From a virus (Duplodnaviria > Caudoviricetes), in IMG/VR virus record IMGVR_UViG_3300034044_000048, positions 2,245 through 66,244 of that record: DNA of 64,000 nt; one strand, 5' to 3'. Shown piece after piece: positions 10,070 through 18,951 of this stretch. The position numbers and the translations under genes were made by a program. The notes beneath the pieces are model-generated. The model was not told where the DNA came from and made no database searches. It worked only from the letters and a program-made list of their open reading frames with translations. How positions within the stretch are numbered: the first letter of the stretch is position 1; every line of letters begins with the position of its first letter.

Positions 10070-11004
10070 TGGCAAATATAACAGCAACAATAACAGTTGA
10101 TTTTCAAGCAAATTATACAGGAAATCATAGAGTCTGTTGGAGAGTACAAGGATCAGGAGATCCTTATGATTGTAATACTTCTGTATCTTGTGTAGGAGGA
10201 GGAGCAGTATGTCAAGCAGTTTTCACAGTTCCTTTAAATAGTACAAGTTGTGATGGAGATGTAATAATTGAAGGGTATGTACAGGCTGAATGTGAAGATG
10301 TTTTATCAACAAATGGTAGAGTTCCTTTTGTCACAAATCCTTTTACCCCTACACCGACTTGTATAAGACATGAAATTACTTGTGATCATGTAGGTATTCT
10401 TTCAGTTTCTATTAGTTCTTCTGGATCAAACTATGCAGTAGGAGATGTTATAAATATAATAAGAAACTCTTCTGATACTGAAACAATGGATGCTTCAATT
10501 ACAGTTTCTTCAGTTGATGGTTCAGGAGGTATTACAGGAGTGAATATATCAAATCCAGGTTCCTATCAAATACAACCAACATATAGTATTACTTCAGCAA
10601 GTGGATCAGGTGCTGTTTTATCAATAATAATGGATACTTGTCCTTCTGTTTCCAATTTAGGTACAGATTGCTCAACAAATACTATATCATTAACAAACGG
10701 TTTAATATTAGGAGAAACTTTTGCAACATGTGTTGTTGGTAGTATAAATTTACCAGAAGGATATACCGATAACACAATTGGATGTTGTATCCCGTCTGAT
10801 ACAGTAAATGATGTATGTTATAATTATGATTTAAATAATACAACAGGTAGTGATGTAACAATACATTATACAGCCTGTAATGGTATAGATAGTAGTATTT
10901 TAGTGCAAGCAGGAACAACTGTTATAATTTGTGCTGTAACGGGAGGTGTAATTAACCCAAACATAACAGGATTTACTATAACACAAACAACAAATTGTGC
11001 TTAA
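10069..11004 (+). CDS. Cys/Ser/Thr-rich virion surface (fibre-like) protein
   Basis: 311 aa with ISSSGSNY and ISNPGSY...GSGAVL repeats common in phage fibre proteins. Confidence 0.55.
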   Translation: MANITATITVDFQANYTGNHRVCWRVQGSGDPYDCNTSVSCVGGGAVCQAVFTVPLNSTSCDGDVIIEGYVQAECEDVLSTNGRVPFVTNPFTPTPTCIRHEITCDHVGILSVSISSSGSNYAVGDVINIIRNSSDTETMDASITVSSVDGSGGITGVNISNPGSYQIQPTYSITSASGSGAVLSIIMDTCPSVSNLGTDCSTNTISLTNGLILGETFATCVVGSINLPEGYTDNTIGCCIPSDTVNDVCYNYDLNNTTGSDVTIHYTACNGIDSSILVQAGTTVIICAVTGGVINPNITGFTITQTTNCA

Positions 11005-11057
11005 TTAAAAATTAAGTTAGATGCAAATTTTGTTGGTTTTATGTATCCTAACAAAAA

Positions 11058-11091
11058 AGAAACCTCTATATTTTTAGGGGTTTCTATTTTT
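11058..11091 (+). terminator. Rho-independent terminator ending the fibre operon
   Basis: agaaacctcta-loop-taggggtttct followed by a T run. Confidence 0.7.
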
Positions 11092-11105
11092 AAAAAATAG
11101 AAATT

Positions 11106-11879
11106 ATGAATAATGGAAGATTATTTTTTGATATTGAAACAAGTTTTAATATAGGATGGTTTTGGAGATCTGGTTATAACCAAACTATTTCTCCAGAGCA
11201 AATAATTGAAGAAAGAAAAGTAATTTGCATTTCTTGGAAATGGGAGGGTGATGATGAAGTATATCATTTAACTTGGGATAAAAACCAAAATGATAAAAAG
11301 ATGATACAAAAGTTTGTAAAAGTAATGCATAAAGCTGATGAAATAATAGCTCATAATGGAGATAGATTTGATGTTAAATGGTTAAAAACTAGAGCTTTAT
11401 ATCACGGAATAGCTACATTACCAAAATATAAAACATTTGATACTTTAAAGTCTGTAAGAAGTCATTTTAATTTTAATTCAAATAAATTAGATTATATAGC
11501 AAAATTTTTAAAGGTTGGAGGTAAGATAGAAACAGGGGGGATTGATTTATGGAAAAAAATAATTTTTGATAAAGATGAAGAATCTTTAAAGAAAATGGTA
11601 GAATATTGTGATAATGATGTTATAATCCTTGAAAAAGTTTTTAATAAAATTAAAAATGCTACAGTTCATAAAATTAATTATGCAACTTTAAAAGGATATG
11701 AAAAATTTTGTTGTCCTGAATGTAGTTCTAAAAGTGTTAGATTATCTAAAACAACAACTACAGCAATGGGTACTTTTAGAAGACAGTTAAGATGTAAAAA
11801 ATGTGATAAAAGTTTTACAGTTAGCAATAAGGTGTATATGGACTTATTACAGTATAAAATAAAAAATAATTTGAAATAA
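11106..11879 (+). CDS. DnaQ/RNase H-like 3'-5' exonuclease with C-terminal zinc ribbon
   Basis: ExoI FFDIET, ExoII HNGDRFD, ExoIII YCDND; CPEC...CKKC at the C-terminus. Confidence 0.8.
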   Translation: MNNGRLFFDIETSFNIGWFWRSGYNQTISPEQIIEERKVICISWKWEGDDEVYHLTWDKNQNDKKMIQKFVKVMHKADEIIAHNGDRFDVKWLKTRALYHGIATLPKYKTFDTLKSVRSHFNFNSNKLDYIAKFLKVGGKIETGGIDLWKKIIFDKDEESLKKMVEYCDNDVIILEKVFNKIKNATVHKINYATLKGYEKFCCPECSSKSVRLSKTTTTAMGTFRRQLRCKKCDKSFTVSNKVYMDLLQYKIKNNLK

Positions 11880-11900
11880 TAGTATTTATGCATATATTTG
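11870..11900 (+). promoter_or_regulatory. Bacteroidota primary-sigma promoter (-33 TTTG, -7 TAnnTTTG)
   Basis: TTTG at 11870-11873, 19-nt spacer, TATATTTG at 11893-11900, upstream of the ORF at 11935. Confidence 0.65.
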
Positions 11901-11934
11901 ATACAAATATGTATTAAAAATAAATAATTAAAAT

Positions 11935-12474
11935 ATGAAAATGTTAAAACCAGCAGATAAAAAAGCACCAAGATTTAGAGTAAGTATAAAAGCAATTTTA
12001 AATCAAAAAACTTATAATGCTTTTAAAAAAGAATATCCTGAACATAAGAACATTACATATAAAGAATTTAAAAATATTATAGTAAATTTTAATAAAACAA
12101 TTATAAAAACTACATTAACAAATAGAGATGGTGTAAAATTACCAGAAAATTTAGGTTATTTATTTATTGCTGCTTGTGATAAACCAAAAAAAGGAAATTT
12201 AGTAAATTGGAGTGTTTTAAATGAACATTCAAAAGTTGTTAAATATAGTAATTGGGAGTCTGATGGCTTATTAGCAAAAATTGTTTATACAAATTATCCA
12301 ATGAGTAATACTTTTCCAGATAGAAATCTTTGGTCATTTATACCTTCTAGAAATTATAAAACAGAAGTTTCTAAAGATTTTTCTGAAAATTATGATAAAT
12401 ATATTAGATTAGATAATAAAACAAATGTTGCAAAATTGTTTTTTAATAAACCAAAAAAAAAATATAATATATGA
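11935..12474 (+). CDS. IHF/HU-like basic DNA-binding protein (crAss-type)
   Basis: Basic 179-aa protein with an HU-like GVKLPENLGYLFI segment; conserved position before the tail tubular/stabilisation genes. Confidence 0.6.
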   Translation: MKMLKPADKKAPRFRVSIKAILNQKTYNAFKKEYPEHKNITYKEFKNIIVNFNKTIIKTTLTNRDGVKLPENLGYLFIAACDKPKKGNLVNWSVLNEHSKVVKYSNWESDGLLAKIVYTNYPMSNTFPDRNLWSFIPSRNYKTEVSKDFSENYDKYIRLDNKTNVAKLFFNKPKKKYNI

Positions 12475-13157
12475 GTACTACAATAGGATATGCTGTGTCA
12501 AGAGTTAGAAATAGTATAAAAGCTGTAAAAGAAGATGCTTTTGTTACAGATAGATATATATGGAGCCTTATTACTAAATATGCTAAATTATTCATTCAAA
12601 GAATGGATGATAGAAATAGATTAAGAAAATTTAATTCTCTATATAAAACTATACCTTGTTTAGAATTAGTTGAAACAGATAAAATAGAAGCTTGTTGTGG
12701 GGGTATAAAAACAAATTGTATTATAATGAGAACTAAAAATCCTATACCAAAACCTTTTCAAGGTCCTTCTGGAATTTTATTAAGAAATGTTACAAGCATT
12801 GATGGTTCTCAAAAAGTATATAAAACAGATCCTTCAACTTATACTTCATTAACAAATACTTCAACTTTTAAGTATGATAAAAAAAAGTATTATTGGTATT
12901 TAAATGGTTATTTATATTTTCCTAATATCAATTGGTCTTCTGTAAAATTAGAAGGTGTTTGGGAAGATGATATAACAGGTGTTTCTTGTGATGCTTCTGA
13001 AGGAAAAGATTTAGAATGTACTCTTATGCAGGACAGACCTTCTAATATACCAGAACAATTATTTGCAGAGATAGAACAACAAGTATTAAATGAAATACTT
13101 CCTTCAGCTAATATTCCTTCAAATGATTCAGATAATAAACAAAATGTATTTAGATAA
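12471..13157 (+). CDS. Tail ring protein
   Basis: 228 aa; YWYLNGYLYF...VKLEGVWED pattern; ATGA overlap; synteny. Confidence 0.6.
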   Translation: MSTTIGYAVSRVRNSIKAVKEDAFVTDRYIWSLITKYAKLFIQRMDDRNRLRKFNSLYKTIPCLELVETDKIEACCGGIKTNCIIMRTKNPIPKPFQGPSGILLRNVTSIDGSQKVYKTDPSTYTSLTNTSTFKYDKKKYYWYLNGYLYFPNINWSSVKLEGVWEDDITGVSCDASEGKDLECTLMQDRPSNIPEQLFAEIEQQVLNEILPSANIPSNDSDNKQNVFR

Positions 13158-14056
13158 TGGGACATAATAATTATTCACTAAAATATAGAAAATTTGATCA
13201 ACTTTATGATGATGTTGTTATTGATTTTAGAAATTTTAATTTAGAAGGTTTAATTGATTCTCAAAACTTAATTAAAATTGCAAGAAGATGTAATTATGAA
13301 TTGGGTTGGAGAATTTATAGAACTAGACAAGATGTATTAGAAATTGAAAATGGTAAAGTGAGATTACCAGATGATTTTTATATTTTAAATTATGCTTTTG
13401 TATGTGGAGAATATGAAGTTGTAACAGCTTTACCACAAGGAACCGATATTGAAGAAAGATTAATTGTACCTGATTATGTTTGTGAACCTGGACAACCAGA
13501 TACTTGTTCTGAACCACCAACAGACCCTTGTGAAATAGAAGATCCTTGTACAGGAACCTGTTTAACAAAATGTGGAGATGAATATCAATTAATACAAAAA
13601 ATAAAAACAACAAAGAGGGTTTATAAATATAGTTTTCCTTTACATTTACAAGAAAGTTCATTAATTGATTGTAATTGTCCTAACTTAAAAGAAAATAATA
13701 CTTTAAATAAAGGATATATAGAAAATGGATTTTTATATGTAAATTTTGATTCGGGTAAAGTTTATATTAATTACATGGGGGATATGATTGATGATGAAGG
13801 TAGTTTATTAGTCCCTGACCATGAATTAATAAATGAATATTATGAATATGCTTTAAAAGAAAGAATACTTGAAAATTTAGCTATGAATGGAGAAGATGTA
13901 AGTAATCTTTATAGTTTAATTTCAAGTAAACTAAGAGCTGCAAGAAATAATGCTTATAGTATTGTTAATACTCCTAACTTTAAGGAGTTACAAAAAATGT
14001 GGAAAACTAATAGAAAAGCTCAATATCATAAATATTATAATATGTTTAAATCATAA
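13157..14056 (+). CDS. Tail tubular/ring protein (P22 gp4-like position)
   Basis: IENGKVRLPDDF and YIENGFLYVNFDSGKVYINY...DDEGSLLVPD motifs; directly upstream of the muzzle gene. Confidence 0.65.
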   Translation: MGHNNYSLKYRKFDQLYDDVVIDFRNFNLEGLIDSQNLIKIARRCNYELGWRIYRTRQDVLEIENGKVRLPDDFYILNYAFVCGEYEVVTALPQGTDIEERLIVPDYVCEPGQPDTCSEPPTDPCEIEDPCTGTCLTKCGDEYQLIQKIKTTKRVYKYSFPLHLQESSLIDCNCPNLKENNTLNKGYIENGFLYVNFDSGKVYINYMGDMIDDEGSLLVPDHELINEYYEYALKERILENLAMNGEDVSNLYSLISSKLRAARNNAYSIVNTPNFKELQKMWKTNRKAQYHKYYNMFKS

Positions 14057-14061
14057 TAGAG

Positions 14062-17000
14062 ATGGCTAAAAAAAATAAAGGATTAGGAAATACAGCTTCT
14101 GTAAGCACAAGAACTTTTAATAAAGGTATGGTTAAAGACCTTAATAAAAGTTTAATTTCAGAAGGTGCTTATTTACATGCAAGAAATGCAATAAATAACT
14201 CAAAAACAGGAGATATGGGAGTTATTGAAAATGAACCTTCTAATCTTTTATGTGCAAGAATACCTTATACTGTAATTGGTTCAATCCATTTATATGAAGA
14301 TAAATGGGCTATTTTTTCAACTGATGATGTAAATTCAGAAATAGGTTTATTTGAAGAAGACCTTTGTAAATATACTACAGTTGTTAATGATTCTTGTTTA
14401 AATTTTAAAAAAAGTAATTTAATAACAGGAGTAGCTAGAGAAAATTTTGAGTGTGAATGGATTATTTATTGGGCTGATAATTTAAATCCTGATAGGAGAA
14501 TGAGTATAGATAACCCTCCATATATTCAAATTCCTGATCCTAATAATACAGATCCAAATTGTAATGTTACAATAGACAGTCCAAATTTAGATTGTGATAA
14601 AATAAGGATTGCCAGAACTGTTAAACAACCTTGTATAAAAATAAAACCAGCAGGTTATGGTGGAGAATTATTAAATGGCTCATATCAAGTTACAATTGCA
14701 TATTTAGAAAATGGATTAAGAGTAACTGATTATTCTAATTTAAGTAATATTGTATCTTTATTTGACCATAGTAATGTTAATGGTAATATTGAAATTCATA
14801 TTGATAATTTAGATGAGAATTATGATACTTATGAATTAGTGGTTTTATCTTTTATTAATAATAAATTAGTTGCTAAAAGGATTGGAGAATATTCAACAAA
14901 CCAGTCAGATATTTCAATAGATAGAATTGATCCTTCTTTAATTTCAGTACCTCTTGAGTTTTTATTATTAGACATACCAGCTTATGAAAAATCTGAAGCA
15001 ATTTTTAAAAATGGACCTTATTTATTAAGGGTTGCACCAACAACTAAATTTGATTTTAATTATCAAATATTAGCAAATCAAATAGAAGCAGAATATGTTG
15101 TAGTAAAATATCCTGCAAATTATTATAGAAATGCTGGTGTAAATGTAGGGTATATGAGAGATGAAGTATATTCTTTTTTTATAAGATGGGTATATGATAC
15201 AGGAGATAAAACTTCTTCTTTTCATATACCAGGAAGACCTCCTCAAGGAAATGATTTAACAACAGTACCTTCCAACGTTTATGGAGGTACTGAATATTTA
15301 TTTGAATCTACAAACACAGCTGGAACTCCTTTACCTGATTCAGGAACCACAAGTGATGGAGGTATTATCTTTAAAAAAGGTAGAATGGCTTATTGGCAAT
15401 CTACAGAAAAATACCCAGATGATAAACCAGAAGTTTGGGGAAATTTATGTGGTGATTACATAAGACATCATAAATTTCCAGACAATTCAATTATAAATCA
15501 TTTTGAACAAGGTGGTCAATATATAAATGTTTTAGGTATTAGATTTAAAAATATACCTTTTCCTGTTGATAATCAAAATAATCCAATAAAAGGAATAGTA
15601 GGTTATGAAATTTTAAGAGGTAGTAGAGAAGGAAACAAAACTGTTTTAGCAAAAGGTCTTATAAACAATATGGGTACTTATAGAAATTATGATAATAATG
15701 GAAATTTTGAAACCATTTACTATCAAAATTATCCATATAATGATTTAAGAAAAGATCCTTTTTTGTCAGTTTCAAAATTAAAAAATGACAAAGATAATGA
15801 TGTTTTAGGAGGGAATGTTCAATCTTATGGTGGAAGTTGGTATAAGAGAAATTCATTTTCATTTCATTCTCCTGATACACAATTTAAACATCCTTTTTTA
15901 TCTGCAAAAGAATTAAAAATTTACAATAATCATTTTGGAGATACGGAAGGTGTATTTGTTTCTCCTTATAAACATCCAAGATTTAAAATAATAAACAATG
16001 CAGCTTTTTTTATAAGTATTCTTGTAGGTTTAGGTTTAGCATTTAAAAAATTAAAAGGTGAAGAAAAAACAATTATAACATCAGGAAATACAACTGATAC
16101 AGTATTTATTCCAGCTCCGACAGGCTCTACAAATGCCGTAGGAGCTGGTGCTGCTGCATCAGGTGTATTTACTATAAATGGTAATATAGCAGCTATTTCA
16201 GCATCATACGGAGCGGGAATAGAATCTCTATTAGCTTTGGGAGGATTTTCTGGAATAGCAAAACCTGGAAATGCAACAGCAGCGACATCTATTCTAGTAT
16301 CTAATTTAATTCCGGGTTTAAATTCAAGTGTTATATATGAATTTGATCCTGTTGGTTTTGGGTTACCTGGTTTTTTAAAGCAGGCTAATTCAACTGCTTC
16401 TTTTTTAGCTTTTTGGGGTCAAAATACAGATGATTTTATAGAATTAATAAAAAACTTTAGTGCTTATAGACATCATGCAACAGCTTATCAATCTCATGCT
16501 TTTTATAATCATTATTCATCAGAACAAGTACAAGGTTTTAAAATAGAAAATGCTTCTTATATAAAAGATAGACTTCATAGTTTTGATAATATAACAATAA
16601 ATAATTTATTTAGAAATGGGTTTATTGCTTTAAAAACTACTCAACAATTGCCTGATCCTGTTATAACAGATGATTCAAGGTTTACAATGGGACAGTCTAT
16701 AGGGGTTGATGAATCTAATTTAAATAAACATTTTAAAAAAGGAAAAGCAAGTTCCCATTATGTAGCATTAAAGCAAAAGTTAAGAAATCAATATGGACAA
16801 TTAGAAGGTATTATTCAAGTTCCAACAGCTTCTTGTTTTAAAGCTTGGGAAACTGATTTATCTAATCCACCAAATGCTACATCAGATATTATATTCGGAG
16901 GTGACACTTACATAGGTAGATATACTGAAAAAAATACTTTTTTTTATTTTTTTGATTGGTTATATGATATGCCTGACGGTTTAGAATATGATTATTTATT

Positions 17001-18900
17001 AAGAAAAATGATACCTTTTCCAACATATTGGATGAATACAGATGATTATCAAATTAATGATTTCTTTAATGGTGTATTTAGTGGTTTGTGTGATGGTAGT
17101 GATTCTCCTTCAGGAGATAGTGATTCATCTGGAATATTACCTAATTCTTTTCATAATTTTGAAACTTCTTATAATACTAATATTGATGATAACACAAACA
17201 ATTGGCTTTGTAATGGTGGAATATCTTTAATAGTTAAAGATGCATTTATGTATTTATTTAACTCAGGGGTTAGAGATTTTTTTGTTGAATCTGAAGTTAA
17301 TGTTGAATATAGAGATTGGGGAGATAAAGAAGAAGAGAGACATTATGATCCTTATTTACATACCGCATATAGTGAGTTATTTAGAACAGACAGGATAAAA
17401 ATTTTAAATTATTATAAGTATGATTACAGCTTGTCTATTTCAAGATATTATCAAGCCTACTCAAGTGTATCTTCATTACATGCTAGAGATTATGATCCAA
17501 ATAAAGCAGAAACTTGTTATACACATTATGCAAAAAGAATTTTATATTCTTTACCTCAACAGTTAGAAGCTAAAAAAGATTACTGGTCAATATTTCTTGT
17601 AGATAATTATAAAGATTTTACAAGTAGAATTACTACTGTAAAACCTGTTGCTAAAAATGGTGCTTTCATATTATTTGAAACAGAAGCTCCTGTGCAATTT
17701 CTAGGTGTTGATACTTTAGAAACAGATTTGGGTACTAAAATTACTTTAGGAGATGGTGGATTATTTAAACAAGCTTTACAAAATGTAGTAAATACTGATA
17801 GCTCTTATGAGTATGGTTCTTGTCAAAATAGATTATCGGTAATAAATACTCCTGCTGGTTTATTTTGGATTTCACAAAATCAAGGTAAGATTTTTCAATA
17901 TGCTAATACTTTAATAGAAATATCAGCAAAAGGAATGAAGTGGTGGTTTGAAGAATTTTTACCATATAAATTATTAGAAGATTTTCCTAATTTTGAATTA
18001 ACTGATAATACTGTTATAGGAATAGGAACTCATTCAATATATGATAATAATAATAGTCTTTTATATTTTTCAAAAAAAGATTATAAAGTTAAACCTGAAT
18101 ATAAAGGTTTAATAAATTATATTTCTAATGATGATTTTGAAATAAATGGATTACCAATAAAATTAGGAGATTTAAGATATTTTGATTCAGCTTCTTGGAC
18201 AGTTTCTTACGATCCTAAAACACAATCTTGGATTTCTTTTCATGATTGGCATCCTAGTTTCATGTTGCCTTCTAAAAATAGTTTTATGACTATTTTAAAT
18301 GATTCAATTTGGACACATAATAACAGATGTGATAGTTATTGTAATTTCTATGGTGTTGATTATCCTTTTGAAGTTGAAGTGGTTAATCCTACAGGTCAAA
18401 ATGTAAACACTTTAAAATCTATAGAATATTTAATGGAAGTTTATGAATGGGCAGATAATTGTGTAGATAAGCATCATGTTTTAGATTTTAATTTTGACAG
18501 AGCTGTAGTTTATAATTCAGAACAAGTTTCAGGAGAATTAAGGTTAAATTTAAAACCAAAAAATGATCCAATTGCAACATTAAGTTATCCTAGAACTAAT
18601 TTTAACAATATTGATATACTGTACTCTAAAGAAGAACAAAAATATAGATTTAATCAATTTTGGGACATAACAGATAATAGAGGGGAGTTTTCAAATGCAA
18701 GAAGAGATATTTGGGTAACAGAAGCAAATGGTTATATTAAATCATTAAATCCTTTAAATTTAAATTATCAAAAAAACAATTTAGAAAGAAAAAGATTTAG
18801 ACATTATGAAGCAAGTTTGTTACTTAAAAGAAGAGTTTCAGGAGCTCACAATATGCAACTTAAACTTATAAACAACAAAAATCAATATTCAATTAGATAA
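14062..18900 (+). CDS. Tail stabilisation / muzzle protein (P22 gp10-like)
   Basis: 1612 aa; N-terminal FNKGMVKD...ARNA, YMRDEVYSFFI, FGGDTYI, and WTVSYD...WISFHDWHP, as in crAss-like tail-stabilisation proteins. Confidence 0.8.
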   Translation: MAKKNKGLGNTASVSTRTFNKGMVKDLNKSLISEGAYLHARNAINNSKTGDMGVIENEPSNLLCARIPYTVIGSIHLYEDKWAIFSTDDVNSEIGLFEEDLCKYTTVVNDSCLNFKKSNLITGVARENFECEWIIYWADNLNPDRRMSIDNPPYIQIPDPNNTDPNCNVTIDSPNLDCDKIRIARTVKQPCIKIKPAGYGGELLNGSYQVTIAYLENGLRVTDYSNLSNIVSLFDHSNVNGNIEIHIDNLDENYDTYELVVLSFINNKLVAKRIGEYSTNQSDISIDRIDPSLISVPLEFLLLDIPAYEKSEAIFKNGPYLLRVAPTTKFDFNYQILANQIEAEYVVVKYPANYYRNAGVNVGYMRDEVYSFFIRWVYDTGDKTSSFHIPGRPPQGNDLTTVPSNVYGGTEYLFESTNTAGTPLPDSGTTSDGGIIFKKGRMAYWQSTEKYPDDKPEVWGNLCGDYIRHHKFPDNSIINHFEQGGQYINVLGIRFKNIPFPVDNQNNPIKGIVGYEILRGSREGNKTVLAKGLINNMGTYRNYDNNGNFETIYYQNYPYNDLRKDPFLSVSKLKNDKDNDVLGGNVQSYGGSWYKRNSFSFHSPDTQFKHPFLSAKELKIYNNHFGDTEGVFVSPYKHPRFKIINNAAFFISILVGLGLAFKKLKGEEKTIITSGNTTDTVFIPAPTGSTNAVGAGAAASGVFTINGNIAAISASYGAGIESLLALGGFSGIAKPGNATAATSILVSNLIPGLNSSVIYEFDPVGFGLPGFLKQANSTASFLAFWGQNTDDFIELIKNFSAYRHHATAYQSHAFYNHYSSEQVQGFKIENASYIKDRLHSFDNITINNLFRNGFIALKTTQQLPDPVITDDSRFTMGQSIGVDESNLNKHFKKGKASSHYVALKQKLRNQYGQLEGIIQVPTASCFKAWETDLSNPPNATSDIIFGGDTYIGRYTEKNTFFYFFDWLYDMPDGLEYDYLLRKMIPFPTYWMNTDDYQINDFFNGVFSGLCDGSDSPSGDSDSSGILPNSFHNFETSYNTNIDDNTNNWLCNGGISLIVKDAFMYLFNSGVRDFFVESEVNVEYRDWGDKEEERHYDPYLHTAYSELFRTDRIKILNYYKYDYSLSISRYYQAYSSVSSLHARDYDPNKAETCYTHYAKRILYSLPQQLEAKKDYWSIFLVDNYKDFTSRITTVKPVAKNGAFILFETEAPVQFLGVDTLETDLGTKITLGDGGLFKQALQNVVNTDSSYEYGSCQNRLSVINTPAGLFWISQNQGKIFQYANTLIEISAKGMKWWFEEFLPYKLLEDFPNFELTDNTVIGIGTHSIYDNNNSLLYFSKKDYKVKPEYKGLINYISNDDFEINGLPIKLGDLRYFDSASWTVSYDPKTQSWISFHDWHPSFMLPSKNSFMTILNDSIWTHNNRCDSYCNFYGVDYPFEVEVVNPTGQNVNTLKSIEYLMEVYEWADNCVDKHHVLDFNFDRAVVYNSEQVSGELRLNLKPKNDPIATLSYPRTNFNNIDILYSKEEQKYRFNQFWDITDNRGEFSNARRDIWVTEANGYIKSLNPLNLNYQKNNLERKRFRHYEASLLLKRRVSGAHNMQLKLINNKNQYSIR

Positions 18901-18951
18901 AATAAATTTATTAAGTTTATATATTTAATTAAATTTTTATTATATTATTAT

